NCBI GenBank assembly: GCA_051294905.1
Contig: CM119371.1
Span: 31,002,001-31,066,000, forward strand
Length of the DNA: 64,000 nucleotides
Direction of reading: 5' to 3'
Source of the DNA: Botryllus schlosseri
Taxonomy: Eukaryota
Positions 1 through 13,165 of this stretch are shown here, piece by piece (the stretch's first letter is position 1; the number at the start of each line of letters is the position of its first letter). The translations under genes were made by a program, and so were the position numbers. Under the pieces are notes generated by a model that was given only the letters and a program-made list of their open reading frames with translations, searched no databases and was not told the origin of the DNA.

Positions 1-175
1 ACCGAGACAATTCATAGACAAGGTCATTGTAATGAGGTGCTAATAGATTTTTGTCATCTTAAATGGCTGTGATTGACACAACTTTAAACCACCTTGGAAA
101 CTATTCATATGTATTCTATCAACCCGTGTGCCTTGAATAGTGCATGCATGGTAATGACATTTATATTCATTATAG

Positions 176-390
176 GATCCGAAGAATGTCAACCCGACGA
201 TGAAGTGCGATACTCTTCAGAAAAAGTGGACAATCCATTTCGTTTGGGAATCTGTCGATGGACTAATGAGTTTCCATCATACAGTGGCGACATATTGCGT
301 TTTCAACATGAAGTTTGCGCCAGCGTCAGCGAGTTCATTGAACTTTTCGCAGATTTTCTTGCAAACATTCCAGATGTCACATACAGCTAA
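176..390 (+). CDS. Probable last coding exon of an unidentified plus-strand gene entering from the left of the window
   Basis: Acceptor-like ttatattcattatAG at 174-175, then an open frame GSEECQPDDEVRYSSEKVDNPFRLGICRWTNEF...LANIPDVTYS* with protein-like composition. No family recognised. Confidence 0.35.
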
Positions 391-3300
391 ATACATCTAA
401 CCACAGGGTATGTGTACATTAGTAGAGGTGAAAGGTCAATTTGAAGCATTATTAGGACATGGGTAGAGACATGGATGTCAACAGGTCTACATGGATGTCG
501 ACAAGTTATCATGGGCCTTTTCCATGTCAACATGACTCAGGTGGGACCAGGTCTAGACTATGGGTACACCCATGATTATTTTTTACAGTGTACGAAACAA
601 CATATACTTTAATCCTTCAAAATTCCGGACATTTAGGCATAATTTAGAATTTCCTCCCAGACGCTGTTTGAACGTTGAAATTTCAGGCATGACCGAGAAA
701 TTCCGGACGTAAGGCAACCCTATCCTAGACCAACGATCCGATGGGTGCGTCGTCCGAACTATTTTCAGAGGTTTCATTTGGAAATAACTCCTGAAATAAT
801 AGATATAGTCAATGATATATATACGATGATTGGAAACTCCAGTGAGCTCTGCGTTTGAGCGCGTCGCGAGTCATGCTTCACCAACGGTCTGAAATCGATG
901 TAAACAAACGGTTCGCTTCTTCAGGAAATGGCGTTAACGTAGCGAAAAGGTTTTTATCGAGACCTCTGTTGCAAGTGAAATGTGTTCATACTGTACAGGT
1001 TTTGGCCAATACCAGTAGCATGGCGAAACTGATGTACCAGTGTGCCTACGTGATGAACATTGTGATCGGAGGTGGTCTCGCCGTATCAAATAACGGGAGG
1101 GGGTGATACTTCATAGTACGAGGTAGAGTTGGAATCAGGTCACTATCTTCAAGTCATTGCAAATTTTTAATCAAGCCCCGAAGTAATTTCTAAATTTTTC
1201 AAGTCAATTCAGCCGGGTTCTAAAACTATCTCTGAAGTCAGGCCTTCTGAAGTTGTGAAAGTAGGCAAAACCTACTTGAGGATATCGCAAAAAGCATCAC
1301 GTTTTTGAAGTAATAATAGTCATTATTCCTTTGTTACGGAGATTCATCTTGTGATTCGAATGCTCCTATATACAATTGAATAAATAGAAATATTTTTGTT
1401 TGATACTTATCAGGAGTAGAGAGTCTTTATTTCATCCAACCAAAATACATAACAAACGGCAGTGATGGTGGTACAGAAAATATGCTTGCAAGTAATCGTC
1501 AGCAGCTTGTAGATACAGTATATACAATTGACTAACGAACTAATACAATGTATGGTCTAACTCTTTTCTTCATACTACTCGAGTTCTTTTCGGACTGTTC
1601 ATTTTCTGCTTCAACAAGTCGATCCAATTGACTAACAAACGTCTGCAAAATCTGGCCTTTACCTACTTTTTCAAACTACTTCATGAGTACAATTCCCCAT
1701 GATATGATGGTATATCTTATAAGTGTATGTGTGCGCAAGAGCGACCCACAATAAGTAGAAAGTCCCTGCCACTGTCCATTTAAGGTTTTATAGACTTGTT
1801 GACAGCCAATGATACATAAATGATTGTTCACAGCATAGACTTTGTATATTCATTTAATTGTAATATTGTCCATGTCCAGTTTGTCAACTCTTACAACCAT
1901 AGTTGACTTGCAAGATGGTGACTTCGAAGAATGGGACGGAATAGAGACTGTCCAACAATCCCCTTCACTCAACAAATTCCCGCACTTACACATCACCATT
2001 TATTCCCTCAACGGTCGCGGTGATCATGGAAGAAGTTGACAGAATCCAAGCGTCGTAACAATGTGTCATCGGATGGGTATTACAGAAGCAGGATTTTGAA
2101 CAGCTTGAAAACCTCACGTCTTCATGGACTCCTAAATGCGCTGATACTAGTCGCGACTAAATTTCAATGAGGATACCAACACCATATTATCATTGAGAAT
2201 TTTATACAGGGTATAGATATTTCATTTACTATAACACTTGAAAACTGCATAAACAACTTTTGTTATTATGTCAGACTTGTTGTCATCTAAATTCAGTATA
2301 ACAAGAACCAAAATCCTAGTCAACGAAAAGCATTTAAGTAGGCTTACCGGATTTGGAGAATTTATCTCCGGTTTTGCAAGTTGCAAATTTCTGAAAAAGT
2401 GTCCTCTTTTTTGATTTCCAAAATATGGTAAGAATAATTTAATTGAAGTCAATGTGTAGCAAAAAGGGATTTTCATGTTTATGCAAATTACAATATCAGA
2501 TATACCTATGTTTAAGCCATTCGATAAATGTACTGTCTGCATCTATTTTTGTTGTAATTCATGAAACTGTTCTGTGCTATTATTAACAATCGAATAACTG
2601 CGCCTAATAGTTGATACGTCAATGTTTCTTGTCACGTAACAAAAATATATATTCTCAAATGTTATTTATTCGAGCTTCGTTATTCTCTCTTAATGACAAT
2701 AACAGGACTGCAGTTGGATTGTAGAGCAGCGATTTTACATAATGTTGAGCATCGGAGGGCATTGAAGCATCAAGTACCATGGCATTTGAACACTAGGATG
2801 TTTCAAGCCTCTTTGGAAATCAATTATTCTTTAAAAATTACCATATTGCAGGTGCGGCCAGATTTCCTGATCAGGCTAAAAATGATTTCAATAACAGATC
2901 AAGACTCAATCTCTTGGTGATAATGAGGTAGTCTGCTCGATGGATTGGCAAAAATGTCCGTATCAAATTTATCATTGTTGTTGTTGTCTTGTCCATTTGA
3001 TAAACTTCCCTGCTGACGAATTTCGTTGCTATTTCTGGGGCATAAGAATATCTCCAGTTTTGCAGTAGTGGGATATATTTTTCCAGCGAGTACAAGTGAA
3101 GCAATATTATCTGTAATGGAATATGGCTTTAAATGGCTGTTGTAGCTGAACTTGGTAGTCATATTCACACGGCACAAAAATTATCCACAGATTGCATTGT
3201 AGTATCCATCTCCTCGCCTCTCGCACTCGAATAATACGCATAGTCTTTCAGCACAACTATTTTTCTCTGCATCAATTGATCAATCCAATCCGGCACCAAT

Positions 3301-4077
3301 TGTAATTTTCATTTTGACTACAATCTTTGGAAATATCTCAATGTCTGAAGCAGAGTGGAACATGACATAGTTGCTTCTCATGGACTGCCTGGCATGTCAG
3401 AATCCCATAAGATAATGATTTTCCCTTTTATTAAGATCCATAAATTCTATTCAACTTCCTCGCGGTTGTGGGTTACTTTGCGGCTGTTTCAATACACGAA
3501 CAATCCTTTCTTGCAAGTTACAATGGACTATAATTTATAATAAATGTTAATAACGGTCCTGTAAAAAATTTATGCATTAGACATTTACAGAATGGGAATT
3601 TGTTATGTCACAGTTTTGCCAGTCAACTACAATTGAAATCAAGGTAAATATTCAAGTCGTTTTACCTCATATGCAATATATATGATGAGCAATGAGCATA
3701 TTCAAAAGAGAGATTTTGCATTGGAGGATTGTGGAGTTACATTGCTGAAGAAATAACCTGGGTATTTCAGGCAGCAGTACATACAAATGCAAGTTGATGC
3801 TCATGCTCAGGTCATAAAGCGTGATGCAAATAGCGAAAAGTTATGAAGGTTTTACATAAAATACCATAGACGTACACACTATACAATGATGCAGGTTACA
3901 ATATCATTTCCCAACCTTTCAATGAATAAGACGCCATAGAACGTTGGTGGCAAATGTATAAATACTCTGATTGGCACAATCCTTCCAGCTATGAATCTTA
4001 ACGAGTACTCCTTGCTAATTTTTAGGGTTTACAGGCAATTCATGGGGAACACATCACAACGTGTAGTTTATATAGAA

Positions 4078-4240
4078 CAGTGGTTCTTAAAATATGGGTC
4101 GCGACCCAAACATGGAAAAATCTGAAAAATTAGCAGAGTGTTAACACAAAAAATACATATTTTTATGTTTGAGATTTGGGTCAGGAGGTGATCATGAAAC
4201 TCAGATTTGGGTCGCGCTCAAAAAAGTTTAAGAACCGCTG
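4078..4240. mobile_element. hAT (Buster/Charlie-type) MITE
   Basis: TIRs CAGTGGTTCTTAAA...TTTAAGAACCGCTG; perfect 8-bp TSD ATATAGAA (4070-4077 / 4241-4248) fitting the nnnTAnnn pattern. Confidence 0.9.
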
Positions 4241-5518
4241 ATATAGAAGAAGTACCAAAACGTTTACCAGGTATGAAAGATTCCCGGTGTGAAAGATTCA
4301 ACTATTGAGAGGAGTACGACAGATCACGCCAGGTCGATGTGAACAATACCAGCTATGGAGTGAATATAAGTGCATTGTTTTGCCGATTGAATATTGTTTG
4401 GTACAACGCCGATTCTCATCATTGATGTAGATTTAACGGCCTGACCCGGTAAAAAGTTATATATGTTAGCTTTTTAGAAATCAGTACAATGATAGTTTTC
4501 GGTTAGTTCCGATTTTACATTGTTAAGGTACAATCAATATATTGATAGCGGGTAAAAGATATATATGCAGTAGCATATAGCTTATGGGGTATTTCGAATA
4601 GCATGTAGTACATGATGCCTAGAGCTGTTGACTTTCTTCAATCCGGGCATAGACAACTATAGAAAAGTCTCAACTTTTCCAGGTTAGAATCATAGACCTA
4701 AACCGTTTTCACGAATTATATTACAATAATATTACTGGCGTTTCGCTCTAATTTAGTGAAATTAGACACCTAGAATTATCTAGTTGTCCAAGTCGCTTAA
4801 AACATCTGAATTACTGGTACCTATACTTATATCATGATATTCATGCTTGAATTTTCTAGGTATATAAGTCATAAAGATGCATACCAGTAGAACACTGATT
4901 CGTACGTTACCTGCCTTCGTACTGGCATCCTGATTTTATAAAAGTTGGTGCAAGAATGGACATTTTCAATTTGATGTTGATTAATGGAGCAAAATTTGAT
5001 ATTTGAGTGCAATTATACCACTAATCCAGTGACAAGATTAATAATCGTTGAAACCAAACGCAGCTTGTTTATGTTGGCCCAGAGAATCTGGCTTGTCATA
5101 CCATATTGATATAATATGGTCACAGTAAGATGATATTTTGGACTATTTTACAGGAACTTTCCAACATTTGATTTGATATGTCCGGTAAAACAGTTGTTAT
5201 TCTGCTTTCGAATAATACCTAAATTGCTGGTTTCAATGTTAACATTGTTTGTCTAAGGCTGTGAAGGCAATTTCTTTTTTATGTTAAATGTTTGTTTTTT
5301 TATGGTGTTCATGGTGGTGGTTCGACTACACTGATCATTTTACACCAGGCCGGCTCTTCTTGTTATTATTCCGTATCTGCCCGATTACCAGTGAATTCGG
5401 ATGCACAAACTCGGCACTTGGTGAATTCGGCCGTGGTAGCGGTACCCGGTACCGGTCACCATGATTGGTTACTGGACTGTTTGCTGGTGAACTTGGCACT
5501 TTGAGCGGTTGTCAATGT

Positions 5519-6093
5519 TGTACGGGGGTCATGGCATGCGTAGATCACACAGTTGTGGCGTGATTAGATCACAGATTGCGTAACCGCGGGAAATAACGCG
5601 ACGCTCTTCACTTGGTGAACTCGGCCCTTGGAGGAATTGGCACTAGAACACCTTCGCATTAGAAATGCATTTAATATGAATGAACAGTATCAAAAAGGAA
5701 ATTTAAACGTGTCGTGGCTGGCGGTAGAACTCGTAATCTTGGGTCCTTCAACCCTGTTATCGAGACAACCTAACCCAGAGTGGAATCGTCTCTCCAACCC
5801 ATAAAATAGTTTATTTTGACGTGATCATGCGAAACATTTGTTGATGAGAAACACTGGCTTGTGATCGATAAATGAAGAAGCGCCACTTGATCTTCCACAG
5901 CTCCGATCTTACATACAACGTCAAGATCCATCTTCTCAAAAATTACACGACACAGGCCCGTCACTCACGCCATCGATTCCAAGAAGACTGCGCGTGGTCT
6001 GTATATGAGCGCTGCGTCATTTCCCGTGGCTACGCAATCCGTGATCTATTCACGCCGTGACTGCGTGATCTACGGGTGCCCTGACCTCCTTAC
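5519..6093. mobile_element. MITE-like element with ~85-bp imperfect inverted repeats
   Basis: 5519-5606 (tgtacgggggtcatggc..gtagatcac..gattgcgtaaccgcgggaaat) is the reverse complement of 6007-6093 (atttcccgtggctacgcaatc..gtgatctac..gccctgacctccttaca). TSD not resolved. Confidence 0.65.
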
Positions 6094-6229
6094 ATTTACA
6101 AGTTTGACGAATCACTTGATAATACTATTATTAGTTATTAATTCATATCAATAGCTGAAAATACACTTCATTACAAGATTCCCCGAGGGCTGAATTCACC
6201 AAGTGGCGAGTTTATCGGCAACCTTCTGC

Positions 6230-6385
6230 CCACTTATAGCACGGCCCAATCCTAGGCTTTTTAAGACATGGCTATGGGGATCAGATGGCGAGGAGGAGCT
6301 TAGATAAACGGCCAACACTTCGGTACGAATTATGGAGTCGACGTGTCAGGCTCGAACTCGCAATTCATTGGTGTTTAGCTATAAT
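6230..6385 (-). mobile_element. Partial tRNA-derived SINE, same family as 53850-54083
   Basis: Shares acttatagcacggccc..ctaggctttt..aagaca..agatggcgaggaggagc..ccaacactt..agtcgac with the 53850-54083 copy. Confidence 0.65.
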
Positions 6386-7046
6386 GGAACGTACCATTAC
6401 GTTACCTCGCCATACATTGTAAAATGGGACCGTAGCATTTGGCATTTCGTGTGGCAATTGACTTTTATGTGGAAAATTCTGTTCGTTTTAGAACTTATCC
6501 GAAACTTTTATTCCGCCATAGATTGTATATGATAAAACGATATCGTAATTGATCCTAGAAGAATTCGAAAGCCATTCACCACAAAGGAGGATTTAAAGAA
6601 GTTTGATGACATTTTGAATGAAAGCAACAGCCTTTGCAAGATATGTGGTATGATGAATCTGTTTTGTTATTTTTAAATACTTAGTTGTGCCGAGAGCAGA
6701 CGTTATATATAAACGTAAGATGTGGAAGCTATCAAGGTGTTATGTTTATAATTTTTAAAAATTCAGTCAGTCAAAGTGGACGATCGTATTGCATTGTATA
6801 TTTCGGCTTATTTTAGCATCTTCGAGATGCAACTCTGAACGTAGACGGTTATGAACAGTCAACTAATTCTGTTCTTATATTGACATATCACACATTTGCA
6901 CTCGTACCGTTGGCGGCGAAAATATTGGTCAGTCAGCAAGAAGCATCATGAATAAGGTTGCCAGTCTGGTGTAATTATAGCAGAGTCTGAAAGAATGGGA
7001 AATACGCTATGATCAACCTCCATTTGAACAAGATCACATATAGTAA

Positions 7047-7788
7047 GAGACATTCATGATATGCTGCAAATGTGACTGTGTTCTTAGTCTAGTCACCCCA
7101 CTCATGTAACTATTGAGGCTTCATGCCAGGGTTGTAACCAAGTCACAAGGCTCCTAGTCGCAAGTCAATCTCACTTTTATAGTTTGGACTCGAGTCATTT
7201 TCAATTCACCACCGAGTCAAGTCCGAGTCCAAACCAGCGGGCAGACGGCCGAATCCGAGTTATGGTATTATGACTCGAGCCAGAGTCCAAGTCATTGTGT
7301 TAGCTGCTCAGTTTCCAATTTAAGTTTTGTTAAACCAACTTTTTATATATATTTTTTTGGGATATGGAGTGGGTCGCATTTATAATATACTAATTCTCCT
7401 TACTTTTAGCAGTTTCTGAGACATTCATGATATACTGCAAATGTGACTGTGTTCTTAGTCTAGTCACCCCACTCATGTAACTATTGAGGCTTCATGCCAG
7501 GGTTGTAACCAAGTCACAAGGCTCCTAGTCGCAAGTCAATCTCACTTTTATAGTTTTGACTCGAGTCATTTTCAATTCACCACCGAGTCAAGTCCGAGTC
7601 CAAACCAGCGACCAGACGGCCGAGTCCGAGTTATGGTATTATGACTCGAGCCAGAGTCCAAGTCATTGTGTTAGCTGCTCAGTTTCCAATTTAAGTTTTG
7701 TTAAACCAACTTTTTATATATATTTTTTTGGGATATGGCGTGGGTCGCATTTATAATATACTAATTCTCCTTACTTTTAGCAGTTTCT
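7047..7788. repeat. Near-identical tandem duplication, 2 x 371 bp
   Basis: gagacattcatgatat...ttttagcagtttct occurs at 7047-7417 and 7418-7788 with only a few substitutions. Confidence 0.95.
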
Positions 7789-7993
7789 GGCTGCATTTTC
7801 AAATACCAGTATCAATAGATGAAATCCCAATAGCGATTTGCTGTACTATTCTTTGAAATATTCATGAAATGTCGGTCTTGGCCGCCTGAGACTCAAGTCA
7901 TGCGCAATGAGTCGAGTCATTTCCGTACTTTGAGAAGATGACCTGAGTCAAATCGAGTCAACAGAAAATCGTGACTCGAGTCTAACAACCCTG
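7498..7993. mobile_element. hAT-type MITE with GAGTC/GACTC subterminal motifs
   Basis: Ends CAGGGTTGT...ACAACCCTG; perfect 8-bp TSD CTTCATGC (7490-7497 / 7994-8001). Confidence 0.9.
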
Positions 7994-8589
7994 CTTCATG
8001 CTATGAGCATTTACTTCGAAGATAAACAGTAACTGGTCGGTGGCAAAAAATTTTAATAACTGCTTTCAAAAGTACTTTCATGATAAACGTTATTGAAACC
8101 CGAAGAACTTTTCGCTTGCCAATTAAAGAGCTACCGGCACGATAAAGGAAGCAAAACAGAGTTGCATTCAAAACCAGATTGAGAATTATGACGCATTAAT
8201 GTCGGATTCAGAAATAACATCAATGGAGCCAGAACACAGCAACAATGCAGTGTATACCAACGGTTGCGTAAAACAGTATGACAGCGTGACAGTATTCTTA
8301 AATTATTTATGATAGTAGTGCCCACCGTAAATACTATTTTATTCAAATCGATGGCAATAAGACCGCATCCACTTAGTCGAATCGAACCAAATTTGATGAA
8401 CATCGTTTCTATACATAACCTAACACTTTCATTGGTTGAACAGAATATTTTCAAATTTTTTCCATTTATTTTCATATAAATCTTCAACAATCGTCTTCTG
8501 AAAATGGTTGTGAAACACATGTTTAATCAGAATTCATACAGACTTTGTCAATTATTCGACTCGATACTATCACAATAAACCTCATCTAA

Positions 8590-9640
8590 AATGTGTGGCC
8601 AAAATGCACATCCAGGAGGAATATTCTTCGTTGTTTGAATGGAACTACATAGGGGGCCTCCAAAGAATGCATGTTATTACCGTACATGGCACTGATACGC
8701 TCGATCATCGAATATATATGGCATCGAGGCTTATTTCGCTTCGCCGAAATATGTCTAGAAAAGACTTCAGACGCTGCAAAATAACACGTTGAGACTCTGC
8801 AGCAGAGCAATGTGGAGCACTCCGATACATGCGGTCAAATTTCTCTGCCGGTAGAAATGCATTACAAACAGGCGTGTGCAAATTAACGGTGTATCATTAG
8901 ATCACAAAGAGATCACTCCTGTACTTCGGCCGTCCAGGACTCTTGACACGATATATTTCAAAACTCTATCCGATTTCAAACCTTTAATATGGTTCCAAAG
9001 GGTGGATGCCAAGATGACATGGCAATACAATGTAAACAATATTCACAGATTCCTCCTTGAACTTCGGTAAACAGCACTTGTGACCTTGATCTAGAAATTT
9101 GAATCCTCGAACTCAATCATTCCAGAGCTATGAATATCGAATGCAGGGACATAATAGAGTAGCGATACAAAAACTATTTTGATATTTATACAGACGGCTC
9201 GAAAACTGGCGCCAGATGTCGTTCAGCTTTCTATGTAGCCTACCACGTTTTGAATTTTCATAAAAAAATCATTGAACAGACTTGTGAGTACCTTTACGAT
9301 GTAGCTGACGGCTATCAGAGAATTTAACACATTGGAGCCGAAGGGAGAACGCAATATTGACTCAATTGTACACCGTTAATTGCAGGCTAAACAAACACTT
9401 GCACAAACTCGGCTTACACGAAAGTGGACCCTATGCAGAATGCGGTGTGCCGGAAACGGTGGACCATATCGTGCTGTTCTGTAATAAATACTCCGTAGAA
9501 CGGATCCATCTGACCAAAGCCGCTCAAAAGTATTAGTACCTTACATATGGTAAATCAGAGAACGATTCAACCAGTAACTGACTTTGTTATATTGGCCGGA
9601 AGAGACATATGACCAGGGATTTCAGGAATAAGCAGTAAAC
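8590..9640 (+). pseudogene. Decayed 3' part of an RNase H-containing non-LTR retrotransposon ORF2 (I/Nimb-like)
   Basis: Fragmentary motifs in the expected order: IRSIIEY (~8695), LRLCSRAMWSTP (~8790), RNase H IFYTDGSK (~9183), C-terminal knuckle-like ECGVPETVDHIVLFCNKY (~9438). Many stops and frameshifts. Confidence 0.7.
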
Positions 9641-11997
9641 ACGATTCCGGTGCACATAGCCTTGGCAGCTAAGCAACACTCATCTCAAATACCCATACAC
9701 CCACATTCATTACACCACAAAATAGTCCATGCATGGCTCGCAAGTTATGGGTTCCCCACCACTGCACTAGAGGGTGCATTGGGCGGATTTGATTATTTAG
9801 TAGAACAACAACAGTTCTATGTATCTCCGAGTTCTGATTGGAAATTAACATTCGAGGTCATCGGTCAAATCTCAAAACTTGTCGTCGCGCTGGGCGCGAA
9901 GTATGTGCCGGCGGCTTTTGCAATATGCTTCCGGGCAGGCAGTGGTTTATTTCAAATTTATGTGAAAATAATTGTTCGCACTTTTGATCGCCAATTCCTT
10001 GATAAAACACTCCCGTCACGCCGGCTCTGATTGTTCTCGTCATAAGGTTTTGAAATCAATATGTTTTAGTCTACTAGGATCGATACAGGGCTAATTACAT
10101 ACGTTTTCGCTGAATACTGAAGTAGATTTTGCATATTTCATCACTGAATCCAGTTGCTAATTTTAGACTACTATCCTTCTTGTGATGAATCTAATTTTTC
10201 GGACTACTAGTAGCAGATTATCGTACTCGTAGTACTTGTAACAGGTAATATTCTTTCTAACTACTTCTATTCTAGTTGAAGTATTTGTGTGACTTTTTTG
10301 AAGTTTTGATGTAGATTTTGTCTGCTTGCAGTACTAACTGAAGTTTATATTTTTACTACTCAACCTTCATATTACTCAAGTAGATTTTGTCAACTTGCAG
10401 TACCTATTTGTTATACAATGATATTACATCATTTGTCTGACAAATGACGATATGTATCCTCCCATCTGCACTACGCCTATCCCTACCTCACCTGGGAATC
10501 AGGTTTTGACATATACAACGATTTTAAATCATTCTCTCCTAATTGCTACGCAACCTTATGTCTTCTTAGCAATCGCATAATAAATACTTTGAATAAGTCT
10601 CTTCGCATTCCGATAACCAAACGACGCAGCGCAAATGACTAATTAATTATTGTTTATTCCAAACCGAATCTATACATTTCATAACAAGAAAATGCGGTCC
10701 ACGAATAACATTAAATCACCGAAATTCCAGTCACTACACTCTACGTCTGGTGGAAGCACCTAGTATTTACTAACCACATTCTTGGTTGTTGATAATGCCA
10801 TAGAGTTATTCCATAACAATCATAAGAAATCGTAATGTCTCAGTAGAAAGAGAATAATGAATCACATTCATACGATTATTGAGATATTGAGAATTTATTA
10901 CTCGCATATCAATAATAAGCCGGCTCACTGATGGGATGGGCGAATTACAATACGGTTCGGGCATTTAGAAAAACAACGAAGCAGAAAACGTGGACATCGG
11001 TATAGAACAGGGGCAGGCAACATACAGCCGCCGGTTTTTTCGGGCATACGTGATGATGTGGCCCGCGTCGCCGTCTCTATAGGGCGCAAACATTTTCGAA
11101 CATCAACATTACCAAGACAATGCGACGCTCCAATACAACTGATGTCCACCGCATTGCCGTAGCCAGGGACGAATTGGGCCCTGCCATTCCGAGGATATTC
11201 GTAATATCTATAAAATATTTTCGGACAGATGGATTCAAACTAAAAAGAATTGCGTGCTTTGCGCGATTTAGTGCTATAACATACGTGTATTGATTGTGGG
11301 AATACAGTATCATAGATACACCAGAATCGTCCGAGACCGTTGGGCTGGAGGAGTCTTGAAGAAAGTAATTAACAAGAATGAACCCACCCGAAGTGAATAA
11401 TCTGCGACAATGTTCTTATGGCATGATAGATGCTCTAAATTATAATTACGTGCCGTAAAGTTTCGAAAAAACTACTTGCTCATACAAGCAACAATATCAT
11501 TGATCAAATGCATTCATCTATTCAAAAAACTTTCGCGCTTCGCGCGACGGGAAATCACCTGCGCAATGATTTTTTATCACATTCATATCGCTGATATAGG
11601 CTGGACCGTGAGTTGGTCGCCTAATATCAGATATAGTTCGCATCTGCTATAGAATGTGTTCGTCTCTGAATTGTATGTGCAATGGTAGTGTAGGGTAGGA
11701 TATACGGATCTGTGGCGCGTTCCCACGGGGGAGATCCCCAAACTCATAAAAAAGGTCGGGAATCCGGCCCGCCTTATCTTCACGTTTCCCTATCCGGCCC
11801 GCCGGTTGGGGAGGTTGCTCGCCCCTGGTATAGAAGCAAGAAAATCGTTGTCGTGTAGTACAGCGACCGTCATTCAATACTATATTAATATCAACGTTAT
11901 TGATGAAAATTCCGAATGAAATATTTTTGTATTGAAAGTTATGAACACGGTAAGATTAATATTCAACATTCTCCTGGTGTCAACAAAGGATAGAGAG

Positions 11998-12322
11998 CAG
12001 TGGTTTCCAACCTTTTTCAAGACACGCCCTATTTTAGGGTAGTGAGAAATTTTGCGCATCCCCCCCCCCCCCCGCCTTATCGTCATATCGCAAAATCCAA
12101 ACGGGATGCCTGCAACTTCAACATATTGTTTGATGACATGGAAGGTTATTATAGTGGATGAGAAAATTAAAAAATATGAAATTCGGTCTATATATAGATA
12201 TATCTACAGAGAAAGACGCGTGAATTGGAGGTACATCGCGTCGATCGAGAAGAAAATTTTCAGTTGATCGCTTCTTCGCGCTCCCTTCAGATGCTTTCAC
12301 GCCCCCAAGTTGTGAACCGCTG
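11998..12322. mobile_element. hAT-type MITE
   Basis: Ends CAGTGGTTTCCAAC...GTTGTGAACCGCTG; TSD degraded (atagagag / atatatgg). Confidence 0.65.
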
Positions 12323-13116
12323 ATATATGGAGATATCACATAATGTTGATGAAGCATGATGAATCTTACATAATTGGCATTACAATAACTTTCATTTATT
12401 TTTACTGAAATTTTATATTTTTTTCTGTTTTTATGCATTTATTTTTTATCGTAGTCCATCACGAAAAAACGAAGACACTGCACACTGCACATCTACGATC
12501 ACCAAAACATTTTTATTTTATTTTTTCCTGTCCATGCCTTTTTCGCATTTCGTAAGTATTAGGAAGGTATAGAACTACATGATCACTAAAGCATATCGAT
12601 ATTTTGATATGTATATATCTCTCTCTCTCTATATATATATACATACATATAACTGCGCTCAACAATTATTGTGAAGGTTAGTATCAAATGTTCACTGAAC
12701 TTAACAAAATAACACCATGAATATACATGATAGCGTATGTAACCACTGGCTGATATTATTCAGTAAAATTGATAGAGAAATTAAAGCATAATTAGGTCCT
12801 TTATTCTTCGTACCATATGATTTCAAAACAGAACTTTAGGGATTACAACAAAATTGACAGTCTTAATACTCTCCACCACATAACAATTGATATTCATTTC
12901 AAAATCCCACTATTCTATTCTAACTGGTCTGACCATTATTTTCGTCGGAAATTATTTCTGGTTACCGAACCGTAAATGCCCAATATCAATCACATCATTA
13001 AATAGGTCATGCGTCAGCTGTATCAATCATAAATTAAAGAGTCAGCTAGAATTCGGAAATGAAACGCAGTCATTCCGCTCGCCGATATCAGTTTTGTTGG
13101 TGACGAACTGTTTGCT

Positions 13117-13165
13117 CTAGCACGCGATTATACGTTGCTTCATCAGCCGTATTCTCTTCGTCTCA
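13117..13165 (-). CDS. NLR-like gene, putative last coding exon
   Basis: Acceptor ttttgattttcAG; phase 2 continues the 15866-15917 exon as SETKRIRLMKQRIIAC*; minus-strand AATAAA at ~12800-12805. Confidence 0.4.
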
